The position numbers and the translations under genes were made by a program. Of a stretch of DNA of 64,000 bases, positions 1-12,788 are shown piece by piece. The stretch's first letter is position 1, and the number at the start of each line of letters is the position of its first letter. The DNA lies in NCBI GenBank assembly GCA_047495785.1, contig JBLDXI010000009.1, forward strand, positions 3,534,001 to 3,598,000. Reading direction: 5' to 3'. The DNA comes from Lepidodermella squamata (lineage: Eukaryota > Animalia > Gastrotricha). The notes under the pieces were generated by a model that searched no databases, was not told the DNA's origin, and saw nothing but the letters and a program-made list of their open reading frames with translations.

Positions 1-395
1 AGGCGTGAATCGAATTATCGTTCCTTTCATTGCTTGCGGGGATATTAGTGGGTACGACGCCGATCGCAATTATGCACTTGAAGCAGTAAGTTGAACTTTA
101 TTCACGAAATTGTTATGGTAAGCATTGATTGTTTGCTCTCCAGGGTGAAAACGGAAAGTACGACTTCAAACAACCCGTCCAAAGTCCGATCGCCCCACCT
201 TATTCATTGGCTGTGAAACTTCGGCGTGAAAATAAACTCACCGGTACGGCTACGGAGAGTTCAATGAAAACTGCTGCATTTCAAGCTAAAAATTACACGC
301 ATAAAGCTGCTGGTTCCGCGAAATCTGCTCAAAAAGACATTGCTGATGAAGATCCTGTTGTTGAAGATGTGATAGCTCTTGGAGAAATGTTTTAA
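1..395 (+). CDS. FTSJ1: tRNA 2'-O-methyltransferase FTSJ1/Trm7, last two exons (<1..85, 144..395)
   Basis: Spliced translation [28 protein letters not shown]|[20 protein letters not shown] matches the FTSJ1 C-terminal motif (IVPFxxCGDLxxYDxDRxY...QPPIxPPY). GT..AG intron 86-143; AATAAA at ~423. Confidence 0.88.
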
Positions 396-575
396 TTTGT
401 GCCATTACAGCTTATTTTCGCGAATAAAAATTAGTAAAACGAATTGAAATCTATCGAAAGTGTTTTTTACTTCCGTTTTACTTCTGTTAAAGAGCCGTTC
501 ATTGTGGTAAATTTTACGAAAAAGTCTGTAATGGGTTCCTATTCTTCATATTGCTCATTCGCTTTTATTAGCAAA

Positions 576-1200
576 ATGCAGGATTCCAGGTAACTATGTG
601 GTGACTCACATTATTTCACATGTTCTTGGAGAACCTTCATCAGTATCGATCGCGCACCGTCGTCGACGAGCGGGGATTACGGTTGCCTGTCCGTGCCTTA
701 TTGTCACTTGTCTCGTTTATTTTCTTGTTACTGGACTTATTGAATGCTGATGGAAAGGACACAATAAAATATTCTTGTCATGTTTATCGAATCGCAAAAC
801 ATCAATTTCTTCTTGAAGAATGTGGTAGTGAATCGAAAAGGAATTGGTTTTACACTCTGCCGAGGTGCACTATTAGGGTGAAGAATGGTGGCAGATTTAG
901 GACAATAATACCCATGTAGGCCGTGCAACTGTCTTCGGTTTTATTTCAGCTTAAGAAAGTGTTGTCAGCTGCATTTACATGATCTAAATCAACACACCAA
1001 ATACTTTTCAAGTGAACCCATGATTTCAAAAATGCCCTTTTTTCATGGCAGAACCGCTGGATATTGGCTTTCTGAACTCGGTAATGCATCTGCCGAATTA
1101 CTAAACGTATCAGCAGCGTATATCTCCTGCCCAGCTTAGAAGCATTCACTCGTGTTAGTCAATACTTCGATTTTTTTTCAATTCACAATCAATCTTCAAG
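576..1200 (+). CDS. possible small spliced gene of unknown function
   Basis: Acceptor-like TTTTATTAG then ATG at ~576, several GT/AG pairs, open frames at 620-919 and ~950-1080, AATAAA at ~1222. No recognisable homology; boundaries uncertain. Confidence 0.25.
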
Positions 1201-1428
1201 AGACGTTTTTCCATCAGCTAGAATAAATTTATTTTTGGCGTGCCTTGGGCATCATTATGCATGCTTCGCACGCACATCGACTATATACTTAGACTCAAGA
1301 ACTAATATTCGAGTTCAACCGGTCTTTCAAGACGCAACAATGCTTTTCTTTCAAATCAACATCGATTCTTAATTTATACTCGCTATGAAATATAGCGATC
1401 ATTCTTCAAAGTCCTCCAATCAGCTCGT

Positions 1429-3048
1429 TTATGGAGTAAGACGTTTGGGATCGCGGGGGAAGAGCGAAGTTTTACGGATGTTGTCAATGCCCAGGTACAA
1501 CATGGCAACTCGCTCAAGGCCAATACCGCCACCGGCGTGAGGCGGGCAGCCGTAGCGGAACGAATCGATGTAAGACTTGATCTTCTCTAGATCAATTTTG
1601 TGGTGCTTGGCACGCTCAGTCAGCATTGCGGAGTCGTGAATACGTTGAGCTCCACTGAGAATTTCCTCCCCACGCATGTACTACGAAAAAAATCGGATAA
1701 GCATGAAACGCAATGAAATAAATAATTAGTATACCATATCGTACGAATTTGAGTAATTAGAGTCGTTGGGGTCAATCATCGTGTAGAACGGACGAATAGC
1801 AAGAGGGAACTTGTCCAAGATGAAGAAATCAGTGTTGTACTTGGCGCGGACCAATTTTCCGAGCAACTTCTCTTGCGCGGTATTGAAGTCATCAAAATCG
1901 CCAATTTCGACACCCGCTTCACGCAGCATGACCAAGGCATCTTTGTATTCGAGTCTTAAGGAAGGTTCCAGGAACAAGAAATCCTCAGCGGGGTAAACTT
2001 TTTTGACAGTGGCGATTTCATCGGCAAACTGCTTAGATAATCCTTTGAAAATGCTGACAAAAAGATCTCCGATTGTGTCCAAAACTTCATGGTAATGGTG
2101 CTTGAAAGCCATTTCCAAATCGAGACCGATAAATTCCGTCAAATGGCGATGGGTGTTAGAATCCTCAGCGCGGAAAACCGATCCGACGGTGTAAACACGG
2201 TCGAAGTCAGCGCAAATCGCCATTTGTTTGTAAAATTGCGGGCTTTGTGCCAAGTAAGCGCTTCGCTTGAAGTAGCTAACCTCAAAAACATTAGCACCTC
2301 CCTCGCTAGCAGCGCTAATAATCTTAGGCGTGTGGATTTCCATGAAATTCTTGGCAGCCAATGTGTCGCGGAAGAGACGGCAAATACCGCCTTCCAGACG
2401 GAAAATGGCATGGCTCAGCTCAGTTCGCAAATCCAAGACACGATTGTCAAGACGAGTATCCAAATTAACAATAGCCAAACCGTCAACAGGTGTCTCAGAT
2501 GTCGGGCGCATGGCGTCCTCCAATTGCAGGGGTAAGCGAGGCTCGGCAGCGCTAACAACGAAGATTTTCTCAATATGAAGTTCGACGTCATGTTGAGTGC
2601 AGGATTGGATCGGGTTGGGGACTTCGCGAACCCAAGCTTGCACATCGATAACACTTTCCTTCGTAATTCTGCAGGTTATTACAGTGTAATTCAGAAAAAA
2701 ATTATAAGAGTTGATCGAATCGACTTACTGAGCTGAAAATTTCACCATTTCCTTGGAAATCTTATCGCCCACAAACATCAAAGCTTGAGCCGTCGCGCAT
2801 TGATCGCGCATCACAATGAAGCATTGCTTGCCTTTGCTGCGACTGTTTTGGACACGTCCACGAACCCAAACAAATTGATCCTTGACGCTAGTATTCAAAT
2901 CGCGGACTCGAACATAAGTGCGGTCAACTTTTTCCTTAGATTGAATCAAAGCCATTTGACCATAGTTTCCGTCAGAAACGTCCTATTCGATTATAAAATT
3001 TAGAATAGGTATTCCAACATCATTCATCCTCCCTACCGTTTCCGCCAT
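1429..3048 (-). CDS. DARS1: cytosolic aspartyl-tRNA synthetase; micro first exon MAET (3048-3037), then exons from 2982 to the stop at 1429
   Basis: Class II motifs [32 protein letters not shown] and GGGIGLER, C-terminus [10 protein letters not shown]; OB-fold WVRGRV. Phase-consistent 54-nt first intron (3036-2983). Confidence 0.96.
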
Positions 3049-3300
3049 TTCTCAAGGGATGAAAATTTCAATGAAAACTCTAATAAATTAGAAGAAACAA
3101 GTCAAAGCCAAAAATGTATGCTAACATTCTTCATTTATTAATAGCAGAATACTCAAATGCAGTTTCGACGAACAATCAACAAACAATAAATAAAGTTTCA
3201 TAAACTGAGATAAGGTATCATCACACAGCAAGATTCCCCACGTCGCAAGAGGAATACGAAACACATCGTCCAACCTGTTCAAAATATCAAGTTTAGAAGT

Positions 3301-3413
3301 AATTCAGATGCAAAATCAATTGATGAGCTACTAAGCTCGAAATACTGTTTTCAGTAGGAAGGCAACATGAAAATATCGTCAAAAAATTACGGGCATGCAT
3401 TCATCATCGAATT
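3301..3413 (-). ncRNA. box C/D snoRNA, snR52/SNORD83-like guide for 18S A420 (yeast numbering)
   Basis: AAUUC-GAUGAUGA (box C) ... UGUUGCCUUCCUA-CUGA (guide + D') ... CUGA-AUU (box D, terminal stem). The guide is complementary to conserved 18S AGGAAGGCAGCA; the +5 rule selects the A equivalent to yeast Am420. Confidence 0.85.
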
Positions 3414-3830
3414 TATCAATCCCCACGAAAAATTTAATTATAAATATACTTACCAAATACGTTCAGTGAGCGATGAGCGGCGATTGGCGTTGATGAACGA
3501 TATCATGCCATCCGCCCGATCCTGAAAATGTACATTAACATTAGCATGACGCTTTCACTAAAAGTTCAAGATCACTTTGATCAATCAAGGAATTGCTTTA
3601 CCCGTATTGAAGAGCATCAGAGTCAAGGATGAAAACTCAACCCTGTCGGCTTTTCCGGGATAAATTAAAATGTCAAGAAATATCTTAATTACCTTTTAAT
3701 CACCGGCGACTAGAGGCAGTTCAGTTACTTCAGCAGCATGTTGCATTGGCAAAGCGAATCCTGTGAAAAAGGAAATGCTTGATTAGGTGAATCAAAATAT
3801 AAGGATGTTCAAAATAATCTGACTATGTAA

Positions 3831-3903
3831 CTCAGAGATCTTGGTGGTATTCAGGATAGCAATCAGCATAAATTATAAGTTAATCCCTTTATCCATCATT
3901 GAG
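3831..3903 (-). ncRNA. box C/D snoRNA, U24/SNORD24-like guide for LSU rRNA C1437 (yeast numbering)
   Basis: CUCA-AUGAUGG (box C, 1 mismatch) ... CUGA (D') ... AUACCACCAAGAUCU-CUGA-G. The guide is a 14-nt complement of conserved 28S AGAUCUUGGUGGUA; it lies 70 nt upstream of the 3' splice site. Confidence 0.88.
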
Positions 3904-4085
3904 GGCTTAAAGCAGTATAACGATATCGAAAAAGTAGAGCTTACCTGCTTATGAAAAGTGGCTTTGAAGACCAGAGTCGATAACAGGGAAGGCGTGCATA
4001 TCTAGCATATCAAGCAACATTGCTGTAAACTGATGAAATATCTGCATCATTCGGCGAGCTTAAATAAGGTGGGATGAAGCATGCT

Positions 4086-7000
4086 GGGTGTTTTTCGGGT
4101 AACGTATATGACGGTGTGTAAACTTTGCTAATTTTAAAATACCGGAAAAAGGTTAGCTAGTAAAAGTGCGCCAACGATTTTGCACGAAGGGCCCCTAGAG
4201 GTATCTAACGGTACCAAAAACTGGGGTAAAAAAATTAAATTGAGCTGTAAAACTTAAGCCCCGCGCGAAAAATTGATGACGCAAAATTAGAAGTACTTTT
4301 AGAGTCACCAATATATATGTCAAAAATTCTACCCCGCCACCAGGTTTCGCCCCTCATGTCGCATATCAGCAGACGCGCCATGATGTCCTCTATCGTTTGG
4401 CGCCTAGCACGCGAGCGCAGCCCCTACAGGTATGGAGAACCGAGCTGAAAGGTAAGGTAACGTAGATGACGAAAAAAAGTCAGGTAGATGACGCAGTACC
4501 CGGCTCGGCAACGAGACGCCGAAATTTCAGCCGGGCCGTACTCCCCTCATCAGCACAAGAAGAAATATATATAACATGACTATGTTCAGAGTCAAACTGG
4601 CGCGTCTGGGGGACGAAATAGTCGATAAAAATTACCAGCTTAGTCACGTGACTAGCGCCTTGATGACGCGGAAATATAGTATTTTCATTTACATTTTGCG
4701 CGTCAAGGACAGCTCGCGGAGAGCTGAAACTTGGTGGGATTGTACAACTCTTTAAGGCGCATCTCGTGGAACACAAATCGAACATAATGTCCCCTTATTC
4801 ACACCTATGGTTACCTTGGTTAGGCAGGGGGCTTCATCGAAGCTGGACCCGAATAAGTCTTTTTAGAGCGCGATTTCTCGTCTTTGCAAGCCCGTTGGCG
4901 GCTGAAACTTGCAGAGAGTAAGCAACGCTTCAAGGCGCATCTATTGAGAAAGAAATTGAACATAATGTCCCCTTTTCGACCTTGCTTACCTTTGGTTATC
5001 AAGGTGAGAAAAGAAAATCAATTTCGGGCGAAAATTTCTCGTTATTTCTAAGCTGATAGATGACTTTTACTATGGGATCATGTAACTCTTCAAAGAGCAT
5101 GCAATAGAAGCACGACTGAACATGATGGACTAATGGGAGTACCTTGATTACCTTGTCGAGAGGGTGACCAAAGTCATACTGAAAAATGCTGCAGTTTTCG
5201 TCACGTAGAGCTCGTGTAGGAGTGAAATATAGATAAATCGAATGCGTCGAATAGTGGAGCTGAAATGTGTCAAAAATAAGTACAAAGCCTCATATCAGCT
5301 TTTCTGATTTTAGTTGTTGTAGTCGTTCAAATGCGTTAAGACAGAGGCAAATTTTATGACCAAGTTGAATCCCAATATGAATCGAAAAAGACCTTGGCAC
5401 AATATGAACAGTGTACTCCTTGCTTCGGCATTTCACCTCCGCAGTCGTATCTGTGAATATAATCTATGACGTTCCACTTCAGATGACGGAAATTGTCGTC
5501 GAGTCTTTTGAGACAGCGACGTATCAACCTCATCATCGTCTTTAATGTCGTCATTATTGTGCGTAGCCTATGAATCCAACCCGAAATATCAACCTATCCC
5601 ATTCCAGGCTATGATTTTATCATGTACGCAATCTCAATTCGAAATAAAGCAAGAAAAATTGACATAACGCAAAATAAAATTGAAGAAAATTATCTTTAAT
5701 TCGATGCTCGATCAAGTTAATCGATAAATTACGAAAATTTCAGTAACAATGATCAGCCCACTGATAACTAGGGGCCTCCCATTGATCATTTGCATCGACA
5801 AGCAACATATCGACAAACAGATCGATGATGTTGCGCATGCATATCAACAAGCATCCTTAAAAAAGCGCGACACGGCAATGTTGCGATCAACCAGGGTGCA
5901 GTCTGCACTTCTAGCAGAGCTGGGATCTTATCAGCAGCAGCCATTGTATGGCCAGCTGGGGAACATTTTCCCCATACCCCATACCCCATACCTGTTGAAC
6001 GCGTAACGTTGACGTTCGGTGTTGAGGAACCAACTTCGCTTTTCAGTCTTGAAGAGCTGCAATGTTCATAAATTGTAAACAAATTCGAAATAGATGAGTT
6101 TTATAGGTGGCAAACTAACGAGTGAACCAATGAAATGCGAAAGAAATGCCAATGGACTTCAGATATAAGACTTTGTGTGACAATAAACGTCAAAGTTCGA
6201 CGATTGATGACCGCAATTACTTTGCTAAAAACGTGGCTCTTTCCCAAGTCTGAGAACTCGGGGCAGTCAAAAACTCAACACGGCTGATCTGGAAAAGACA
6301 TATACCTTACAGGGCATTGCTCTTGCATCATTATATCACAAAAGAAAGACTTGATAAAGGTAGAGACTTGAAAAAATCCGAGTTGGCGGGTACCCCTACC
6401 ACGATAACGCTTTCTCATGTTTGGAGACCCCGGTGTATTCCGAATCTCGGTTAAATCGACCTAAAATTATCATAGGCGGTACGATACATGACTACTATAT
6501 CATTATAACACAAAAGAAAGACCTGGGCGAAGTAAAAACTTGATAAAATCCGTGTTGGCGGATACCCCTATTTTGGTAACGTAGATGACGATTTTTTTTC
6601 ACTTTTTCAGAGGGTCAGTGTTGTAAATCTGGATATCACAGCCCGGCAAGAGTGGGGTCTATGGATAGCCCTTAATAATCCCTATTTGAGGCACGTATAT
6701 TCATTTCAGTTGCCTTCGCCATTTGGTGACACTGGAGAAAAAACAAAATTTTCGGTAACGTAGATGACGCGAAAAGTGCACATCTTGTTAGGAGTCCCCA
6801 GGGTAAAAAAAACAGATTAGCGCGACAGCAATCACACATATTGATGAGGGTACCCTAGTGAACACTAGTACGAGGTCCAATTACTTCCAGTCCTTCAGAG
6901 ACTGAAGAACGGCTAAGTCAAAGTTGGTCGAAATTCGACAGTCAGAAATTCGCGGTCACAGCTGAACTGGCTTGGCCGAGTTCTGAAAAAGTAAAACAGA

Positions 7001-7124
7001 TGCGCGAAAACTGACTGCGGTTTAGTAAACTACCCTGTTAGGACTAAATAATAGCGCATGAAACAGCCCGATAGGAGATAACTTTCCTCGGACCCCTCTG
7101 GTTACGTTTAACGGAAAAACACCC
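4086..7124. mobile_element. non-autonomous TIR DNA transposon (~3.0 kb), Merlin-like termini
   Basis: TIR GGGTGTTTTTC(GGGTAACGT) / (ACGTTTAACG)GAAAAACACCC; identical 8-mer AGCATGCT on both flanks (4078-4085, 7125-7132); recurring GGTAACGTAGATGACG motif and internal ~170-180 bp duplications; no transposase ORF seen. Confidence 0.75.
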
Positions 7125-8306
7125 AGCATGCTCTTTTTTACACGTGGTCGACATGTCAAATAGTTTTCACACTATTTTTTAGGAAATTTTATTTTGATGA
7201 AAAATTGAATTTCATGACGTCTAACATTGTTCATTTTCTTGAAAAAGGTATCAGATCAGACTTTTTCATTTCAACAGCTTGCTGCGGCAACAAACTTTAA
7301 ATTTGATAACAAATGAATTAAAATGAATTAAAATATAATTTTGTTGGATAAAATTAATTAAAAATATTTTTCTTTGTTAATTTTGTGCCAGTAAGCGCCA
7401 CGCGCTCAAAATATGAATTTCATAATGTTTGATTAATAAGGATAATAGTACTGAGTACTTGGGCTATTATTATTGATCTCAAGGTGCATGCTTTTGCCAA
7501 AATGGTTGAATAATCCAAATTTGAATTTAACATAAAGTATTAAGGAATAAATACTTCAATTCAGAGCACAGAACACATAGGTCATAGGTCACCCAGTCAG
7601 CTTGATCACCTTCTTGCTATGCTAGGAGGGAGTTGGTTTGCTTTGGTATTTGTACATTCATCAGACTGTTTTTTTCTGAACTGCATATTTTTGAGCATTG
7701 CCCTTTGCCCTCACGGATTCAAGGCTTTGAACACGCATGAGTTTGAGTAGATTTTTGTGCCAGCCCGAGATTTCTGGACACTTCGTATGATACAAGTCTC
7801 TGATTCCTGATTCGCGCGTCGATGCTGATTACTTTGATCCATGTTCAGATTTCCCTACATCATTTACTTCGTGATTTCTTTATATCTAGATTCCTCTTTT
7901 GTTCATATAATTTCATCTTTCCAATGTGAATATAAACTTTTTAGCAGACAACCTAGATTTGACGTTGATTTTTTTTCCTGTTTTTGAATAGATTTCTTAA
8001 TCTAGAGGATGTTATTGCGGGATTTTTGACCCTGCTCATGTCAAAATTGGTTTACTGCCACGTTAAATTCGGAGCGCAGCATACAATGAGTACTGTATAG
8101 GTGATTTTCGCTCATCTCCGAGTCGCTTGCGACTAACCGAGCTAGCTGCACCGATTGCTTAATTTACTTCCTTCGCGGAATCAGGCAAACTGCCTCAATT
8201 AACATCTCCGGCGTCGTTTTGCCGAACGCCTGATTTAAAGGCGGATGGTGTTCCGAAATTCAGCAGCCCTAATTCATCACATGACGCTTGGCGGCACAGC
8301 AGTTTG

Positions 8307-11300
8307 ATGAAAATGCTCATTTCTCCAACACCGCTGTCTCGCCAAACGACGCCTGCTAGCATTTACCACACCGTTTCTTTGAGCAACGGCCGCTGGAACA
8401 ACAACTTGAATTTTATCGTCAACAATCGGAGCAACAATGGAATCAAAGTTTTGGCTGAAGAGGATATAAAGTTGTTTGCCACCAATGGCCAGCGATCGCC
8501 CCCACGGTGCGTGTCCAACTCACCGCCGTCGGAAATAGCTCCTATTCCTTCACCTGAAATCAAAGAGCAACTAACATCGGTGTCAACCACTGCTAGCCCC
8601 ATCGCCGAAAGTCCACCTCGTGTGATTTCCGCATCGCCTCAATTGAGAAGTGAGCGACTTGATGCTGCTTCTGGTAAGCAGCAGGCGCTGGAGTTCCGAG
8701 CTCAAGCTTGTCTCAAGCGTTTGAGATCATTGAGGTCTGCTGAGTCTAAGAGGGTTCTTTACGGTGATCTTAGGCATGCGATTTCACGGCGAACGCCCAA
8801 GACCGAAATCGATCTGAGCAGTGACGCTGTGCGTTCTGTTTGTGGCGATTTGGCTCAAACGGCTCTTCAGCCCGAGAAAGATACTAACCTTTTCGGTTTA
8901 CCGTCAGAAATCCGCCAGTCAATTAGTGATGCCTTATCGCAAGCGTTATTCGACGTTCGAAGAGCACTGCCCGACTTGCAGGACGAAGACGCGACTGATT
9001 TAGAAGGAAGTGATGACGATGCTTACTTCAACTATAAGGAAGCTCAATCGCTGACAGACAACAACTTATCAGCACCCATTGCGTTACCAACTGCGAGTTC
9101 AAGTGATGTTCTTGAAAAGACACCTGCTTGGCGGTATGAACAAGAGAGGTGAGTATACTTTTTGGTAATAAGTAGGTCATTTTAACTCCTTTGTTTTCTG
9201 TAGGTCAAGTTTAGCCTCCCGAGATGCTTATTTGCGATTGCAAATAGCTGAGCTTGACTCGAAAATCCGTCAGTTATCGGAACGCTCCGCTAAAACCGCG
9301 AATACCTCGTCTAGTCAGAGTGATACTTTAAATATTACTCACGCATGCTCCTCTGCCCGGACCCGACCCTATCTAGCATGCGCATCGCGGAAGCGTTCCT
9401 TCTACAAAATCGGCTCGGATCCTTCTTCGTCTTTGGCGCTTCGGCCTGTTATCGGCTCTAAGGCGACTTCGTTAAACGTTGTTCGTCAATCATCGATACA
9501 AGTTACAAGCCCTAACGTGACGTGTCACTGCTCGAGTAGATCGCTCGTGCCGAATACCTCGTATCCGAGCTCTAACCCCACTCCGTCGTCTTCAGTTTCC
9601 TGCATTTTATGTCACAATCGCCAGGTTAGTCCTTAAAATTGTTATCTTGGAATTTTATAGGTTTATATCGTGTTTATTTATCATTTTTCGTCATCATATT
9701 GAGGTACTAAGCGCGGCTTTTTATCTATTTCCAGAGCACTCGCTGTAGTGTTATTGCTTTTATTAATATTACGATTATTATTATCATATTCTTGCATTGC
9801 TGCTACTCCGATATGCGTAGTTTGCATTGTTGCATCTTTTATCGAATAAACTGCACACATATGAGTCTGGAAAGCCAAAGACGACGGCATATGTATAAAA
9901 TGCTTCGATGAGAATAGTCTTTGTGTAGTATGAAAGTCTGCCAGTATGAAAAGAAGGAAAGAGCGAACACGCCGCTTCTGATAATATGTATGCAATACTA
10001 TACAAACATAGTATATGTATGTGCATGTGTGCATGAATAATAGCCACGTAGTTTAATAGTCTACATGCGAGAGTATTACTGATACACAACTAATGCATCA
10101 CTCCTATTCAGTGATTCAGGCGCGGCTGCGGCGTATAGTGTTAGGCGGAAAGGGGTGTTGAAAATAAAATCGATAAGTTGCCCGCCCTCTGTAGCGGCTC
10201 TTTCGATTTGCGTCTACTTCATCGATACAACTGCAGTAATATAGCTAAAGCAACGCTTTTATGCGAGCAATCCAGGGCGGTCTGGGAGAAATATATGTGG
10301 AAAATACAATTTACAGGAAAACTTGATGAATCGGAAAATAAAAGCGCAATACCTTTGATTGAGTTTTCGCAATTACGAGAGTGGTTTTTCTCAAACGGGG
10401 AAAGCTAGGATATATGCTGGAATATTAAAATTAAGTCGTCTGTGTCTAAATTGGAATGCAAAATCGAAAGATCGAATAGTGAAAAATGCCGCTGGAATAT
10501 TTTGATCTTCCTAATCCGCGGCGTATTTAGATATGAATAATTGATGTGCCAGACGGGCGGTTGTCAAATTGTCTCCAACACTCAATTGAAATATTCTGGC
10601 GGCTATGCTCCCAGGCCTGACCTATTTACCCATTTAATAGTTTACGATGTAACAATGAAATTCGTGAAAGAATGAGTGCTCTGTTTGGAAACGATTATCC
10701 ACGTTTTATCTTGTGTAGAGCTGCGAGGAAAATTAAAATGTCAATAATTATAAAAGATCAGACTCAAAATGGCTTAAATTAATAACGTGTTTATATTTTT
10801 CAGCAAAAAATTGTTGCGAGTCAGCCTGATATAGACCCTGAAACTCGTCTATCGTTACTCGACCCATCATTCCATCCAAAGCTATCGAAGTTGGGTTGCG
10901 GTGATGTGTTATCTTCGACAACGACTTTCGACCGGCTTGACACGGCTGCAGCGTGTCTTCTCGACCACGCCTACGCCGCTGATGCTATTTTGGCCAAGCC
11001 AAAACCGGCAACGGCTGTTCGAAAATCAACGTCGCCCCCAAATCCAGTTGTCCAACCTGTCCAACAACCGCCGCAACTCTTGCCGCCGATCCCGCTACCG
11101 GCGCACCTTCAGAAGTCGAACAAACTGCCTAACGCGTTTTTCGTCGACCCATCGACATTGGAAACGCCATCGCGACTGCGCGTGCGCAAACCCTCTGTAG
11201 CCTCTTCGTGTACTTCTGCGCTGAATAAGTCTGATGACCTTACCTCCCATCCGCCGAAACAGCTGAAATGTGATAGCAACAAAAAGAAAATTTGTAAGTT

Positions 11301-12788
11301 GAATCTTTTCGAGCCTTGATTACTGTTTTAGTAGATTTTTGCTTGATTTGGAATTTTTAAGGAGGCATTTTTTTATTTCTCTGTGTTATGATCTATGTCC
11401 TCCTTTCAAATAGTTTGGGACACTGAAGCTCTAATTGTATTTCTTTTTTTTAGTGTTGCAACAAAAACGGCGATTGGAGCAACGGAAACGGCTTCAGCTT
11501 CAACGACGGAAGGAGCAGCAGCGGCGGAAGCAACAGCAGCAGCAAAAATCGAAAAAACTATCGCTATCCGCTGCGTCTTCTCGCCGGTCGTCGATTCAAG
11601 TGCCGACTCCTTGTAACCGAGCATCCCTTTCGGGCCAGTCGTCGCTGATAACCAGTCCTGCGCCTTTAGGACCTATTCTCAGCGCATCGGCGCCGTGTGG
11701 CTCGATCGCGCCCGGCTCGACCCCGGTCGGTTCGGGAGGCTTTGACATCGATAACGTGGTCATCCCGCCGCCGACCCCGACCGCGCTGCTAGCGGCGGCA
11801 CAAGCGCTAGCCGAGAGTTCGAGTGTCGAGATTGCGACACCTGGCTTTCGACGTTTGTGCATCGAACCGTTGGTCAACAGTCGACCGGTGGCACGTAGCA
11901 AACAACACCGTTTGTCAGCACCTGCCACTTCGTCATTGTCGGTCAACAAACCGGGAGATGCTGTTAATAATGGCCCGGCATCGTTGTCTGAGTCGACAAA
12001 TACGGCGATAGACGACTCGGCATTGCCGAGTCCGCCGGCGTCGGCCAAGACCGAGGTGTTCGCGTCGCCTAGCACGCCGACCATCCCGCTGCCACCCCCG
12101 CCCGCCTTCGTTTTCGAAGACACTGATGAGGTTGTGTACCGGCGGCGGCACGCGCCGTTCGAGCAGCAGGAACGCGCGCGGTATCTAGCCATCACCCAGG
12201 CTATTATCGCGCCCAGGAAAATCCGCGACATGGCTGTGAGTGCCCGGCCGCCCAGTCAGACCGGCAAGTCTGGCAGAGGTCTCTCGAAATCGTGCAGCGA
12301 AGATCGTCTAAGGTAAGCGGCAGTGCTCGTTGAAAATAAAATAGCCGCTCAACAGGGAAAATTTGAAAAATGAAGCTAATTCTGAGAAAATATTAATTAA
12401 AGCGGATTTTATTTATTCAAGGCGGAATTTTTGAAATTTAAATCATCAAAGATTGTCAAAACGTCTCTTTTTGCCATTAATAACAGTCCGATCGACTGAT
12501 GGGCTCAATAGTTTCCAATATTTTTACTCGTCAATAGAGTAGTGTATATTTTAGAATTCTGGAATTTTTGAACTTTGGGCAAGGCACATTGCCCTATTTT
12601 GCTCCATTTCATGATATAATTAATGTTGTGTATTTTTTTCCAGGCGAAGTAGTCGCGTCTCTTCTGGTTCGTGTGGCGCAGCAATTTTGGATCCCGAGTG
12701 CAAGCCATTTGTGTTTCCGTTGTCCGAAGCGGAGTGGCGCGTGATCTGCGCCGAGAAGGAAGCCTTCGCCCCGCTGAAACACGAATGA
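8307..12788 (+). CDS. KANSL1: KAT8 regulatory NSL complex subunit 1 (KANSL1/NSL1), multi-exon; true start may lie upstream
   Basis: Motifs WRYEQERSSLASRDAYLRLQIAELDSKIRQ, ARTRP, CxC..CILC, LLDPSFHPKLS, FDIDNVVIP, EIATPGFR, PEHE domain EDTDEVVYRRRHAPFEQQERARY, terminal FPLSEAEW exon. Confidence 0.85.

Larger units (their letters stand above)
3135..3992 (-). ncRNA. spliced non-coding snoRNA host gene (GAS5/UHG-like)
   Basis: Chain of GT-AG introns (3944-3761, 3453-3275 and two short ones). Exon 3760-3693 has stops in all three frames. Pyrimidine-rich CCTTCCCTGTT near the putative 5' end; AATAAA at ~3140-3135. Two introns carry C/D snoRNAs. Confidence 0.7.

Noticed and set aside
7786-7866. C/D-like boxes and a 5.8S-like TCGCGCGTCGATG segment
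   Set aside because: The boxes and the putative guide are not correctly arranged on either strand.
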